A stretch of DNA of 64,000 bases from Octopus sinensis (lineage: Eukaryota): the NCBI RefSeq assembly GCF_006345805.1, contig NC_043007.1, forward strand, positions 48,794,001 through 48,858,000, written 5' to 3'. A program made the position numbers and the translations under genes. Positions 38,930 through 51,759 of the stretch are shown here, in pieces. Within the stretch, counting starts at the first letter, position 1; each line of letters begins with the position of its first letter. Under the pieces are notes generated by a model. The model was given only the letters and a program-made list of their open reading frames with translations, ran no database searches and was not told the origin of the DNA.

Positions 38930-41900
38930 ATGGTGACTGGTCAACAGTGAGAACAAGTGTAGCATGTCTGTCAAATGAGCATGAAAACCTTCTTTTCAGG
39001 CACTGAATAACATCTCCCCTCCCCATGTCTCCTTATACATTCCTTTCCCTGTTTTTAGAGTTGGCAATGTCAATGTAGGCACACTGAAAGGTAGGTCTAG
39101 TGAGATTGTAGAGATGCTTGATTGGAGACAAGTTGATGTATGCTGCATAAAAGAAGTAAGGTGGAGAGGGGCTTCAGCCAGGGTCCTCAAAGGCAAAGTG
39201 CATATGTATAAAATCTTCTGGGAAGGTAACAGTGATGGAGTAGGGGTATAGGCATTCTCCTTGTGGAGAAATGGGTAGTCAGGGTATGTGATAGAGTGCT
39301 TAAGCTCAAGCTAGTCTTGCAGAATAGTATAGCTACAATTATCTCTGTCTATGCCCTACAAACGGGCCTACAAAACGATTAGAAGGACTGCTTTTATGAC
39401 ACCCTTCTATAAGTCACCTCAAAGATGAGTGGCAATGACCTCATCTTTGCAGCTGGGCATGTCAGATGGCAATCTGGTATCTTCCATGGTGTTCACAGGG
39501 ACCATGAAATTGATTCCTGAAATGAAGAAGGAACTAGGCTACTGGAGTTCTGTGATGCATGCAAACTATTAATCTGCAACACTAACTTCAGGAATCCAGA
39601 TAGCCACCTGATAACCTATCAATCAGGTGACTCTGCTAGCCAGATTGATTTCATTCTCACCAAACAGCGGGATGCAAAGTTGCTCTTAAATACAAAGACC
39701 CTCCCTGGTGAAGAATGTACCCCCCAGCATAGACTAGTTATTAGTGACTTTAGACTCGAAGCCAGAAGGATGCCAAGAAGCAGACCAATCCAGAAAAGAA
39801 GGATTTGAAAGCTAAAGAACTTTTCACATGGTCAGAGATTTAGGGTCATCCTCACTGAGAAATTTGATGAGAGGGAGGAGACTTTGGATATAAAGGGTAA
39901 CTGGAAATTCCTATGGGACAGCTTATTAGGCACCACAGACCAAACCTGCAGCTGGTGCAAAGTCCCTTTCAGACCTAAAGTAACGTGGTGGTGGAATAAT
40001 ATGGTAGACAAGGCCATTAGAGCAAAGAAACAGGCCTGGAAAGCCTGGAACAGTGGGGCTAGCAGGGAACTGTACTAGATAGCCAGAAGGGATCTGGGTG
40101 ACAGGTATACATACCCAAGGGAGAAGCAGAAAAGAAGAAGTTTGCCAATGTTTAGTGACGTTGGCAAACTGAAGTACTTCAGATTGCAAGATAGGGTGTG
40201 AGAGAAAATTGTGATATCACAAGAGAGAAATGTGTCCACATGGATGATGGTGCACATGCTTTTAATGATTCTGCAAAGAAAGAGGCTAGGAGAAGTCATT
40301 ATGAAAGGCTGCTGGATGTGGAGAATGAATGGGAAGAGGAGAGCCTGCCAAATATTGACCTAGTAGAGGGACCAGCTATCTGAATAGATAGCATCCTGGT
40401 AGATAAAGCAATTAAGGATATGAAGTCAGGAAAAGCCCCAGCCCCTCAGGAATCACTGCTGAGGTGCTTACAATTTTTGGTGGTGTGGGTCATGGCCTAG
40501 TCACCCATATCGTAAATCAAGTAGTTCACGAAGGCGTCATACCCAATGACTGCCATAGCAGCATCATAGTCAACTGCTACAAAGGAAAAGGTGATGCTTT
40601 AGATAGACATAACTACAGGGGTATCAAACTGCTAGATCAGGTGATGAAGATCACAGAGAGGATCATAGCCCAACTAATTAGGGAGAGAGTCTGCTTAGAT
40701 GGGATGCAGTTCAGTTTTGTGCTATATTCCTGGTACAGCAACTGCAGGAGAAAAACCTAGCCAAAGATAAACCACTCTACATAGCTTTTGTTGACTTGGA
40801 GAAAGCCTTCGACAGGGTCCCCCGATCCCTTATCTGGTGGGTGATGCAGAAACTGGGGATTGATGAGTGGGTAATAAGAGCTGTACAGGGATGCTACTAG
40901 TAAGGTAAGGGTCAGCAATGAGTATAGTGAAGAATTCAGAGTTAGAAGTAGGGGTTCACTAAGGATCAGCCCTCAGCTCCCTCTTATTCATCATAGTCCT
41001 CCAGGCAATAACAGAGGAATTCAAGACAGGCTGCCCCTGGGAACTCCTCTATGCTGATGACCTTACTCTCATAGTGGAATCACTACGAGGACTTCCACAT
41101 CTGAAAGAAATTTCAGATGTGGAAGCAAGATTTAGAATCGAAGGGCCTCAGAGTCAATGTTGCAAAAACCAAAGTCCTAGTAAATAGGAAGGCAAACACA
41201 TCACAAACCCCTTCAGATAGATGGCCCTGCTTGATCTGTAGTAAAGGTGCAGGTAGAAACTCCATAAAATTTACCCAGTGTAAGCTATGGACACATAAAG
41301 GGTACAGCAACATCAAAGGAAGGTTAACTGGGAAGATAGCTTTTGTGTGCAGCAGATGCACAGGGGCAATAAGCACTGCAGATGCTCAGAAAACTGATTC
41401 CATCACATGCCAGGGGGAGAAACTAGAAGTAGTTGATAGCTTCCGCTACTTAAGTGACCAAGTCTATAGTTGGAGTGGATGCTCAGAGAGCATTGCCACT
41501 AGAATAAGAATAGCCTGGGCAAAATTCAGAAAGCTCCTACCTCTACTGCAACAAAGGGCCTCTTGCTCAGAGTGAAAGGTAGATTGTATGATGCATGTGT
41601 GCAAGCTGCCATGCTACACGGCATGAAACATGGGCCATGACTGCTGAAGACATGTGTAGGCTCAAAAGAAATGAGGCTAGTATGATGCACTGGATGTGTA
41701 ATGTCAGTGTGCACACATGACAGAGTGTAAACGCCCTGAGAGAAATGTTGGACATAAGAAGCATCAGATGTGATGTGCAAGAGAGACAACTGCACTGGTA
41801 TGGTCATGTGCTACGTATCGATGAGGAAAGCTGCCTGAAGAAGTGTCACTCCCTAACAGCAGAAGGAACCCATGGAAGAGGGAGACCCAAGAAGACATGG

Positions 41901-42570
41901 GATAAGGTAGTGAAGCATAATATTCGAACGTTGGGCTTCAAAGAGACAATGACAAAAGACTGAGACCTCTAGAGATATGCTGCGATTGAGAAGACCCAGC
42001 AAGGAAAGTGAGATCACAGCCATAGCCTACACCAGTGTCACATAAGTGCATAACCAGTCCATTTAAAAAGTATCTTTGAATCGTCAGGCAACATTCAGTG
42101 CTTGAGGAGACCTATTGAGTCAAGTAAATCAAAATCAAATGGAAATTGTTGTTGTGGCTGATACCAGTGCTGGTGGCGTGCAATAAACACCATTCATTTG
42201 TGAGTTGCTGCCAGAGCCGCCTGACTGGCTCCCCGTGCTGGTGACATGTAAAAAGCATCATCCAAACTTGGTCGATACCATCCCCCACCCCCTCCCCAAC
42301 TGGCTCCTGTGCCAATGGCACATAAAAAGCATCATCCAAACGTGGACAATGCCAGTGCCACCTGACTGGCTCCCATACTGGTGGCACATAACTAGCACCT
42401 ACTACACTCTCAGAGTGATTGGTGTTAGGAAGGGCATCTAGCTATAGAAACATTACCAGATCAGATTGAAGCCTGGTGCGGCCTCCTGGCTTACCAGTCC
42501 CCAGTCAAACCATCCAACCCATGCCAGCATGGAAAATGGATGTTAAACGATGATGATGATAATGATGATA
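38930..42570 (+). mobile_element. Near full-length decayed RTE-clade LINE
   Basis: APE endonuclease (RVGNVNVGTLKGR, SQIDFIL), RT (NYRGIKLL, FVDLEKAFDRV, LLYADD), WYGHVLR, GRGRPKKTW, (gat)n tail; many stops. Confidence 0.95.
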
Positions 42571-42644
42571 TATATATATATATATACATACAGATAGAGA
42601 GAGAGAGAGAGAGAGTAAAGAAATAAGAATGGATAGCTCAAAAC

Positions 42645-42753
42645 ATCACTACGTATGTTTCAATAGTGTGGTTATGTATACAACAATGCATAATAATTAT
42701 GTAATATTACATAGCTTCATACTGTTGTACAACATGCCATTTCATTGGGTGAT
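42645..42753 (-). ncRNA. Type I hammerhead relic with long stem II
   Basis: ATCAC-CCAATGA-AATGG...CTATT-GAAA-CATACG-TA-GTGAT; 5-bp stem I; stem III one change from palindrome ACGTACGT. Confidence 0.65.
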
Positions 42754-43116
42754 ATTCAGCCTTCCATCAGCAAAGTAAATCAATTATGTAGTGTTAGTAA
42801 CATAAAAGAAACAACATACATGTAGTATAATGATGGAAATCACTGACACATGTAGCAACATAGAAGACACCAACAAACATGCAGTATCATGTTACAAAGC
42901 ACTGCCACATGTAGCAACATAAGGGTTGCAAAACACAGGTATTGTTTTGGCAGAAACCATTGTCACATGTAACAATATAAAATGGGACAGCACAAACGAA
43001 TAACATGGTGGATATCATTGCCACATACAACAATACAAGAGGGACAATAAACATAGTAACATGTAGCAAACTGTAAATAAAAGTAAAATACAAAATCAAG
43101 TGGAATATATACTTAC

Positions 43117-43181
43117 ATGTATTTTCTACTCCTTGTTCTATGAACTGAATGGTTAAATTGAAATTCTCAGACCTCATCAAC
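43117..43181 (-). CDS. PPP1R36: PPP1R36 exon
   Basis: ttccag|...|gtaagt; RLMRSENFNLTIQFIEQGVENT resembles RLFRTNMFN. Confidence 0.9.
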
Positions 43182-43254
43182 CTGGAATGACAAATAGTCA
43201 AATATATTAGTGATTGTTGTTGATATTGCTGTTGTTATTGCTGTTGTTGCTGTT

Positions 43255-43630
43255 GCTGTTGAGCGAACGGTCTTCATCCCAGAGCTCACAAGATGGAAGA
43301 AGTCCGAAACGTGGTCCTTTGCTATTTGTAAGGCCCGCAGAAGAGAAAGCAGGTCAACCCCTGACACCGAGAGCATCGACAGATGAATGAATGTGCATCC
43401 AGGCTCAGCGGTTGCGTAGGAAGTCGGGGACAAGAAACAAGAAGAAAGAGTGAGAGAAAGTTGGGGCGAAAGAGTACAACAGGGGTCGCCACCACCCCAC
43501 TGCTGGATCCTTGTGGAGCTTTAGGTGTTTTCACTCAATAAACACACACAATGCCCGGTCTGAGAATCGAAACCGTGATTCTCCCACTGCGAGTCCACTG
43601 CCCTAACCACTGTGCTATTGTGCCTCCACT
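43255..43630 (-). mobile_element. tRNA-derived SINE (family C)
   Basis: Head gtggaggcacaatagcacagtggttagggcagtggactcgc...ggtttcgattctc; (caa)-like tail. Confidence 0.75.
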
Positions 43631-45120
43631 GCTGTTGTTGCTTAACCACAGGCTGGCCTTAACTGGACAGATTCATGACTAAAGGTATTCCAATTAGTAA
43701 CATCCTGTCATTTGAATATTACTAACTGGATTGATGTTGTTGGTGGTGGTGGTGGTTGTGGAAACAGTAGTGGTAGTAGTAGTAGTAATGGTGACAGTGG
43801 TGGTGGTAGTAATGGTGACAGTGGTGGTGGTGATGGCAGTATGTTATTATTATTAAAATTACTGTTGATGTTGAACATCTATAATCAACTTTAATGATTA
43901 AAAGTGCAAGTATAACCAGGTGCCACCCAGAACAGAGTGATTCACCCTTCTACAGAACTTCATTAGGTCTACCTCATTATTTTCCGATTATTGGTCAGAA
44001 CCATCTATTCTGTATGGGATGAGTAACTAGAAAACTGAGTAAGCAGATAATGGAATAACTTGTAACATAGTAACTGGCCAATTGAGTAACTAGAAAATTG
44101 AGTAATTAGAAAACTAATTGGAGCCAATGGCTGAGCCATTTATTTATTTATTCCTTCACTTGTTTCAGTCCTTGGACTGTGGTCATTCTGGGGCACCTCC
44201 TTGAAAGGTTGAGTTGATCAAACTCATCCCAGAACTTCTTGTAAGTCAGGTACTTAATCTATCAGAGTCTTTTTGCCAAACTGCTAAGTTATGGAATGTA
44301 AACAAACTTAAGCAGACTGTGAAAGGGTAAGACATAAACGCACACACACACACACACACACACAAATCCATTGCTTACAAAAGTACTGGCGACAAGAAGA
44401 GCATCTGGTCATAAAAATCCTGCCTCAAATACCTCCTCATCTAACCCATACTAAGATGGAAAAATAGATTTAAACAAAAAAGAAAACAATATATATATTT
44501 AGAAGAGGTGCTAAAAGGGTAAAGACCCTCTTAGGTCATGAATGACCATGGGATTACTCCAAGAGTTTATGGGTAGATGGGCATATATGAGATGGTATAT
44601 GCTAGTATATAGAGGATAGGGTCAAAACAACAGTAAATGCAGGTAAACCCATACAAATAAATACATATAACTATATACAATTCCATTACACATCCATGCA
44701 CATGCATAGATGGACATGCATACACATGCACACATAAACACACACACATGGAAATGTAAAAACACACAGCCACATACAGACATAAGATCAATTTTCAGAC
44801 AGATGCAGAATAGTCCTCGGAGCGAGAAGGGAAGTTACTAAGTCACTGAAAAATTCATGGACAGCGGCAAAAGAACTTTGACTAACAAACAAACGATTGA
44901 TTGATTGTTTAACAAACACATTAAACAAATGATTGAGTAGTTAGTTGGTTAGGTATTTAACCAATTGACTAATAATAAAGAGCTGAAATTGGACGTGTAT
45001 GTGCGTTATTATTATTGGCTTAATGACTCTCCCAAGACAGCAAAATTTGTTTCAACACACATATTCACATCAAAAATCTTTCAAACCAAATAGAAAAACT
45101 AAGTTATGCCAATTACTTAC

Positions 45121-45203
45121 CGATTAATTTCTTTATTAATTATCCCTTGTTCTGCCTGTCGGTAGCTAATCCCAAGAAAGTAGGTACTAAAAATATATAA
45201 TCT
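45121..45203 (-). CDS. PPP1R36: PPP1R36 exon
   Basis: ttgtag|...|gtaagt; RLYIFSTYFLGISYRQAEQGIINKEIN resembles FYTFCTYVAWIVFRR...IEEEV. Confidence 0.88.
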
Positions 45204-45686
45204 CTACAAAGGAACAAAAATATATATTTATTATCCAATCTAATCAATTTCTTCATGTATAAATATTGTTATTGTTGCTATAATGTTGTTTAATCTCAAC
45301 TCATTGCTAATCCAATAGACCTGTGATCAAAGTCCCTCCAGTAATGACCATTTTGTTATTCACTCGAACTCAAAACATCCGGGACTACCTTATCCAATTT
45401 GTCTTCCCTTTTTTCTAAAGATGGTATGGTGTAATTTGTGAGAGATTTGATTGCTATTTCTAAGAGGCCAAAAGACCACATAAAAGCAGACTTGTTATTT
45501 TACAGAAATGTTAAAATCAATGTAATGGAATCGTAAAATTCTAAGAAGCATAGGAATAAATTGCAGAACTTTTGAATATCATGCAAAAATTTCACAACTT
45601 GCCATTAGTCAAATCAAAATTAGGAAGTCATTATGTTTTAAAATTATTATTATTAATTAAGCAGGTGGGTGAATTTGAGTGTTTAA

Positions 45687-47883
45687 CCCCTTGCAGAGAG
45701 ATTTAGTACTGACAGTCTGTGCTGTGTACCAGTATTAGGCCATTCAGTAACTACATAATTTTACATGCAAGGAATTTTACAGTGTATCTTCTCAGTGTGG
45801 TATATTTGAAAACACGGTGCTGCACAAAGTGAAATGCTGCACTGCTCACATTCAAAGTTTGTTTCTTTTCACACACTGCTCTTTGTACAAAGACCACATC
45901 TTCTGTACAGTCATGGTCTCCTCCCTGATGAGGGAATAATGGCAGGGAAATTTCTCCGTCAACCTTGCTGGACCAAGTAGAGCAGATGGTCTACCTTGTG
46001 GTGTGTACCCTTCAGGAGGGCAGTTGTTACACACTTCTTTGATCAGTGCTAGTCAAAAATCAAGAAATCGTTCCCATAACTGTCAATGCAAAGAAGGCAG
46101 TGACCAAACAAAGGTTGAGCAGATAGAAAAACATTTTCTTATACCATTTGATGGTTTTTCTATCACAGGAGTGAGATGTGGTCATTTGATTGGAAAAATC
46201 CACCTCACTCATGCCTTCATTGTAACTAAGAACACAATTTAGCTTCCTGACAATATTTCCGCGCTTATCAATTTCTGACATTTCAGCGGTATGTTGCATG
46301 GATAACATTTTTACAAGCTTTTTATCTTTCCATAACAAAGTGAGTAAACCACTTGTGATGGAATGAAAGTCAATCTCATCCTTTTATCAGGGTCAAATTC
46401 ATATCCTTGGGCATGTCCTTTAGATTCAGATGAACCATTCTGATTACTTTCGTTTTCTGTTAATAGGGAAACAGAAACAACTTAGGGCTGCTGAAGCAGT
46501 TGTCCATATGAACATTATACCCTTTGCTGAGCAGATGTTCATTCAGCTCCAACACAATCTTCTGGCTCACAGGAATGTCACTCTGCTCCTGATCTGAGTA
46601 TATTTTGTAATTGGATGTGCATCCTGACACAACACCTCCACTCTGGCACACTTTGAAAACTTTAATTCCGAATCGTGCCCATTTTTGGAGTTGTACTGCT
46701 TGAATTCAAGTCTACTTTTGAATTTCCAAAAAGACTCATCAGTAGCAACATCCTGGTCTGGAATATACACAGTTTTGAACTGTTCAGTCAGAATATCAAT
46801 GACTGCCACAATTTGAACAGTTGGTCATTATCTTCAAAATCGTTGTCATTGAAGTGCAGATTGTGTTAAATCTGCTTGAACTGATCGCAAAGCATCATAT
46901 TGTGAAAAAATGGTGCGCACAAAACTGGGTCCCTGGTTCAGTATAACTTCATATCCAGTTCGAGATGCAGGCCCATCAGTATCAAGAAAGACAAAAACAA
47001 GTCCAACCCATTGGGTGTGACATCTACCCACTTTCTGGAGTGACTTTGCTGGGTAAAGTGATGATTGGTAGCAGCGTACCAATTCCCAGTGTCATGAAAA
47101 ATTTGAGAAACTGGAGTGGCATGATCAATGCATCCACATTGAAGAATGTAATTTTGGGCTGCTCCATGAATCCATATCACTTCAGGACATTGTCCTTCTT
47201 TGACCAGTGTATAGTTTTACCAGTATCGCAAGACTTCCCAGCATATGCAGCCAGTGTTTTGTCAGAATCCAAGGATGAACTACCATCTCTCACAATTTCT
47301 GCAGGCTGTAGTGGTTCATCATTGCTCTCGCTGTCGGATTCTTAGTACTTGCTCTCTGGGCTTGAGTCATAATCTGACTCACTATCATCATCATCATCAT
47401 CATCATGGGAACATCCTGGTACCAGTTCTTCATGCCGCTGAACTTAATGTTTCAGAGGCATAGCGATTGCAAGAAAATTCATAAAGAGTTCAATAGCAAC
47501 ATCCATGCTTTTACAGATCACTTTAGTTTATGAAACTGAGCAGAAGTATTATTCACTTTTGCAAGCTTCTTAGTGGGAGTAATATTCACTTCTTCACACT
47601 AACAACAGAGATATGCATGACTACACATCAGTCACATGCATATAACCTCATCTGTGGGCATCACTTAATAATAACCCCCCAAAAAAACCCAGCTTATTCA
47701 AAATTCCAAACAGAAATGTAGGATGCAGTCATAACTGTCATCCACTGTTACCAGAAATTCTTAACAGTAAAGCAGGCTGTAGCAATAGTTGCTATGCAGC
47801 TGTACACTATTGTGGTTCCACCATCATCCAGCCATGCACACAGTGTTTCAATATAGTCAGTACCACTTCCTGTCTGCAAGGGG
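45687..47883 (-). mobile_element. Full-length decayed piggyBac transposon (PGBD4-like transposase)
   Basis: TTAA on both flanks; TIRs CCCCTTGCAGA/TCTGCAAGGGG; ATDESFWKFKSRL, VHMDNCFSSP, YNEGMSEVD, KWYKKMFF, C-terminal Cys cluster. Confidence 0.95.
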
Positions 47884-48538
47884 TTAAGTATCAGAGAAAA
47901 TATCTAACGGATTCAACTCCTGCAATGTAGCCTTTGTATTTCATTGTACCTGGGTGAAATAAATTCCAGTTATATATTGAGGTTGATAGAATCAGCTGTT
48001 TCATCCCACAAAATGCATGGCTTTGCGCCTATCAAGTAACTCCTTTCCATCCTATTTTGTTTTGAATGACTAGGCTCTATTGGCGGATTTAAAAAAAATT
48101 GCTGTTCATATGACGCAGCTTGTCTCTTCATCAAGTGTCTTTGTGTTTTTTTTAGGGAATAAATGTAAAAATGAAATTAGTGAATATAGAGAGTTGAAAA
48201 TTACAAGATTTGGTTTCTATATTGATAGCATCAGTGTGAAACAAGTATGAGAGCCAGGAAGAGTTATCAGTGAGGTTGATGATTGTGACTTCAAAGAGGA
48301 GTGACATATAGTTTCCTTGATATGAAAAAAGTGTGGTCGGGCAATTGGAGGACTTTGGAAAGTAGTAGAAATAACAGATGTACATTGAGGAACAACAGGG
48401 AAACTGAAGTCTTCACTAGAGGTATTCAGGTGAGAAAGGTGATGAGAGGGTGGAATATATATTTATATGGGCAAACTTCCTCTTTTGGAGTGAAATTAGA
48501 GTAAAGAAAGTAGCCTGGGCAGCAGAGATGGACTAAAG

Positions 48539-48790
48539 CAGTGGTTCTCAATCAGGGTCCAAATGGCCCTTAGGGGTCCACATAGGATTCCATTGTTAAA
48601 AATTTATGTGCAATAAATTGGTTATACTTCTAAAATACTCAAAATGTTTCAACAATTTTTTAATATAATTTCTAATAATATTTAATTATAAAAATATAAG
48701 AGGATTTTTAAACATTGAATAACTATGAGGGTCCATCCAAGTAAAATAGGAATCAATGGGGCCCACTGCAAAAATGGTTGGGAACCATTG
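48539..48790. mobile_element. hAT (Charlie-like) MITE
   Basis: TIRs cagtggttctcaa / ttgggaaccattg; perfect 8-bp target duplication GACTAAAG. Confidence 0.93.
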
Positions 48791-48809
48791 GACTAAAGAA
48801 AGGGGTTAA

Positions 48810-49135
48810 GAGATATGTGTATAATATAGCATGATTTAGTGTGACTGTGTATAAAGGATGGTATATTATAGTTGATAGTGTATATAGTATAGCATTGTAT
48901 AGTGTAGTAGTGTGGATAGTATAATATGGTATAATGTGGCAATGTGTATAGCTCAGCATATTATCTATGTGGCAGTATGCTTAGTATAATATGCTATAGT
49001 GTAACAGTGTATATAGTATGGTATGGCATAGTGTGGCAGTGTATATAGTATGGTATATTATAATGTGTATAGTAAAGTATGTATAGTATTACAGCATCAT
49101 ATTTCACAGTGTGACAGAGTGGTATGTCTTAGTAT
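48810..49135. repeat. Degenerate low-complexity tandem repeat
   Basis: Recurrent gtatatagtatggtat / gtgtggcagt motifs. Confidence 0.7.
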
Positions 49136-49178
49136 GGGAGTTAAGACATATCATAAGATGAATCAAATTAATCTCTAC

Positions 49179-49221
49179 CTCGAAATTGATCCTGTCTTTA
49201 CGAGTTGTTGAGACTCTTGAT
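49179..49221 (-). CDS. PPP1R36: PPP1R36 exon
   Basis: ttgtag|...|gtagag; SRVSTTRKDRINFE resembles ISDTQKDWKFFE; phase 2-0. Confidence 0.88.
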
Positions 49222-49935
49222 CTACAAGTAAAAGATTATTATATTTTAATTAAGATATAATTATTAATGGTTTGATTAAGACATTCTTATCTGAATAACT
49301 CTTAAAACCATGAAAAACCATTGTTTTAGCTGAAACAACCTCAAATTCCTGTCATATTGCTCCAAATTATTTAACTCATTTGTTGCCATATTTCTACTGA
49401 ATATACCAACTTTATTTCATTTGATTATGAAAATAATAAAGAATTTAGATAAATAAGCTAATGTTCAGAAATTTTAATGCAAGATGTTAATTCAGATCAT
49501 TTTAAAATTTGCATCATAAAACAAGGAAAGTCTCAAGGGAATTAGTATCAAAAGGGTTAAAGTATTTACTCAAACCATTTTTGTGTTTTATTTTCACTTT
49601 CCCTGTTTTATTCTCCAGTTTTCTTGCATCTTCTCAGCTCAGTGACTGAATACTTTTCTAATCTAATTTAGAAGATTGCATATGATTTGCTGAAACAAGC
49701 TTTTGGAGCTGTTGGTCCTTAAAATTCAACTGTTGGTGATTTATGTCTTGCAACCTGTAACAATTGAAACAATTTAAGGAGCTTTGTCAATGAAAGATGA
49801 TGTTCTATGTGTAGCAGAGTCTCAGCTTTGCAGTTACCTATGATACTGATATGAAGGTTTCAAGATACATCAAAAGTGTTTAGAAGGGAATACCAGAGTT
49901 CCCTAGGTGCAATGCTTAATTGAGGAAGTCTATAT

Positions 49936-51470
49936 CATCATCATCATCATCACCATCACCATCACCATCACCATCATCATCATCATCATCATCATCATCA
50001 TTTAGCATCTGTTTTCCATGCTGGCACAGGTTGGATGGTTTGACAGGAGCTGACCAGCTGCAGGGCTGCCCAGGCTCCATGTTTGTTTTGGCATGGTTTC
50101 TATGGCTGAATGCCCTTTCTAATACCAAGAACTTCACAGAGTGTACTAGATGCTTTTACGCAGTACTGGCACAGGTGCGTTTATGTGACACTGGTATGGG
50201 TACTTTTTACATGGCACCAGCACCTATGAGCCCACAAGGTTAGGAATACTCCGTGAAGAGGATGCAGGGGACAAGCTTATATGCAAAGACGACCATGCTT
50301 TCACTTAGCTTGGCATGTCTTCTCAAGCACAGCAAACCACCAGGTGTCTTGGTCCCCTGTCATCCCTTCTATGAGTCCCAACATCTGTACATCCTATCTC
50401 ACCACTTCTTTTCCACATGTTCCCTCTGCAATTAGTGATCATCACCTCTTAATGCAACTGTCTTCATTCATACACATTACATGACTGTGCCAGTGCAGTC
50501 TTCTCTCTTGCACACTACACCTAATACCTCATATACCCAGTTTTCCTCTCAAATCACTTACACTCTGTCATACATGCATACTGACTTTACTCATCCAGCA
50601 GAGCATACTGGCTTCATTTCTTTCAAGCCTTCACACATCCTCAGTAGTCACAGCCCATGTCTCATTGCCATGTAGCATAGCTGTTTGTACAGAGGCATCA
50701 TACAATCTGCTTTTCACTCCGAGGAGAGGACCTTCATATCTATCAGAGGTAACAGCTCTCTGAACTTTACCCAGCCTATTCTTATTCTAGCATCTAAGCT
50801 GTAGGAACAACCTCCCCCACAACTAACTAGGTCACCTAAGTAATGGAAACTGTCCCTCATTTCTAAGGAACCCCCTTGATATTTGAGGGCATCTGTTTTT
50901 ATTCATTCATTCCTAGTGTTTATGTACCTGCACATGTGCCACATGTAAAAACTACTTTCTGTTAGTCTTCGAGTGATACTGTTGCACCTATGCATCTATA
51001 ACTTACACTGGGTATGCCTCATGGAGTTTCTCCTGACACCTTTTCTGCATATCAAGGAGGGCCATCTCCCTGAAGTGATCTGTAATATGCCTGTTTTCTT
51101 GCTTTGGTCTTTGCTAAATTAACTCTAAGGCCCTTTGATTCCAGTTTGTGCTTCTATACTTGAAATTTCTTCTCTAGCTCTTGTAGTGATTCAGCAATAA
51201 GAATAAGGTCATCAGCATAGAGGAGCTCCCAAGGGCAGCCAGTCTTAAATTCCTCAGTTATAGCTTGGAGGACTATGATAAACAAGAGGGGGCTAGGAAC
51301 TGATCCCTGGTGGACTCCGACTTGTACACAAAACTACTTACTAAACTCATTGGTAACTCTCACCTTACCGACAACATCCTTGTACATGGTTGTACATCTC
51401 TCAGCAACACTCCTCTAACCCTAGCTTCTGCATTGCCCACCAGATAAGGAGGCAGGAGACTTCTGTCAAA
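49936..51470 (-). mobile_element. 5'-truncated RTE LINE
   Basis: GVHQGSVPSPLLFIIVLQAI, ELLYADD on minus strand; expanded (gat)n/(ggtgat)n tail. Shorter copies at ~3130-3500, 24745-25170, 27455-27820, 53237-53565. Confidence 0.9.
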
Positions 51471-51759
51471 GGCTTTCTGCATGTCCACAAAAGCCAGATA
51501 CAGAGGTTCATTTTTGGTCAAATATTTCTCCTCCAAATATATCTTTTCAAATTATTTATTTATTTACTTATTTTTATTATCATTTTTTTAATTGTATACT
51601 TTTGTAAATTGTGATTTTTTTTTTCTATTAATAATTTTACTGAATTTATTTATTGATGATAACAATTCAAGTATGGAGTAATTACGGTGTTTGTATTTTG
51701 TTTTTTATTTTTCATTTATTTTTAACTTTTGCAAGTTTATACAAATAGTATAATGCTGG

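Noticed and set aside
48200-48236. Minus-strand CTGATGC-TAT/ATA-GAAA...TA motif
   Set aside because: A9 mutated and no stem I
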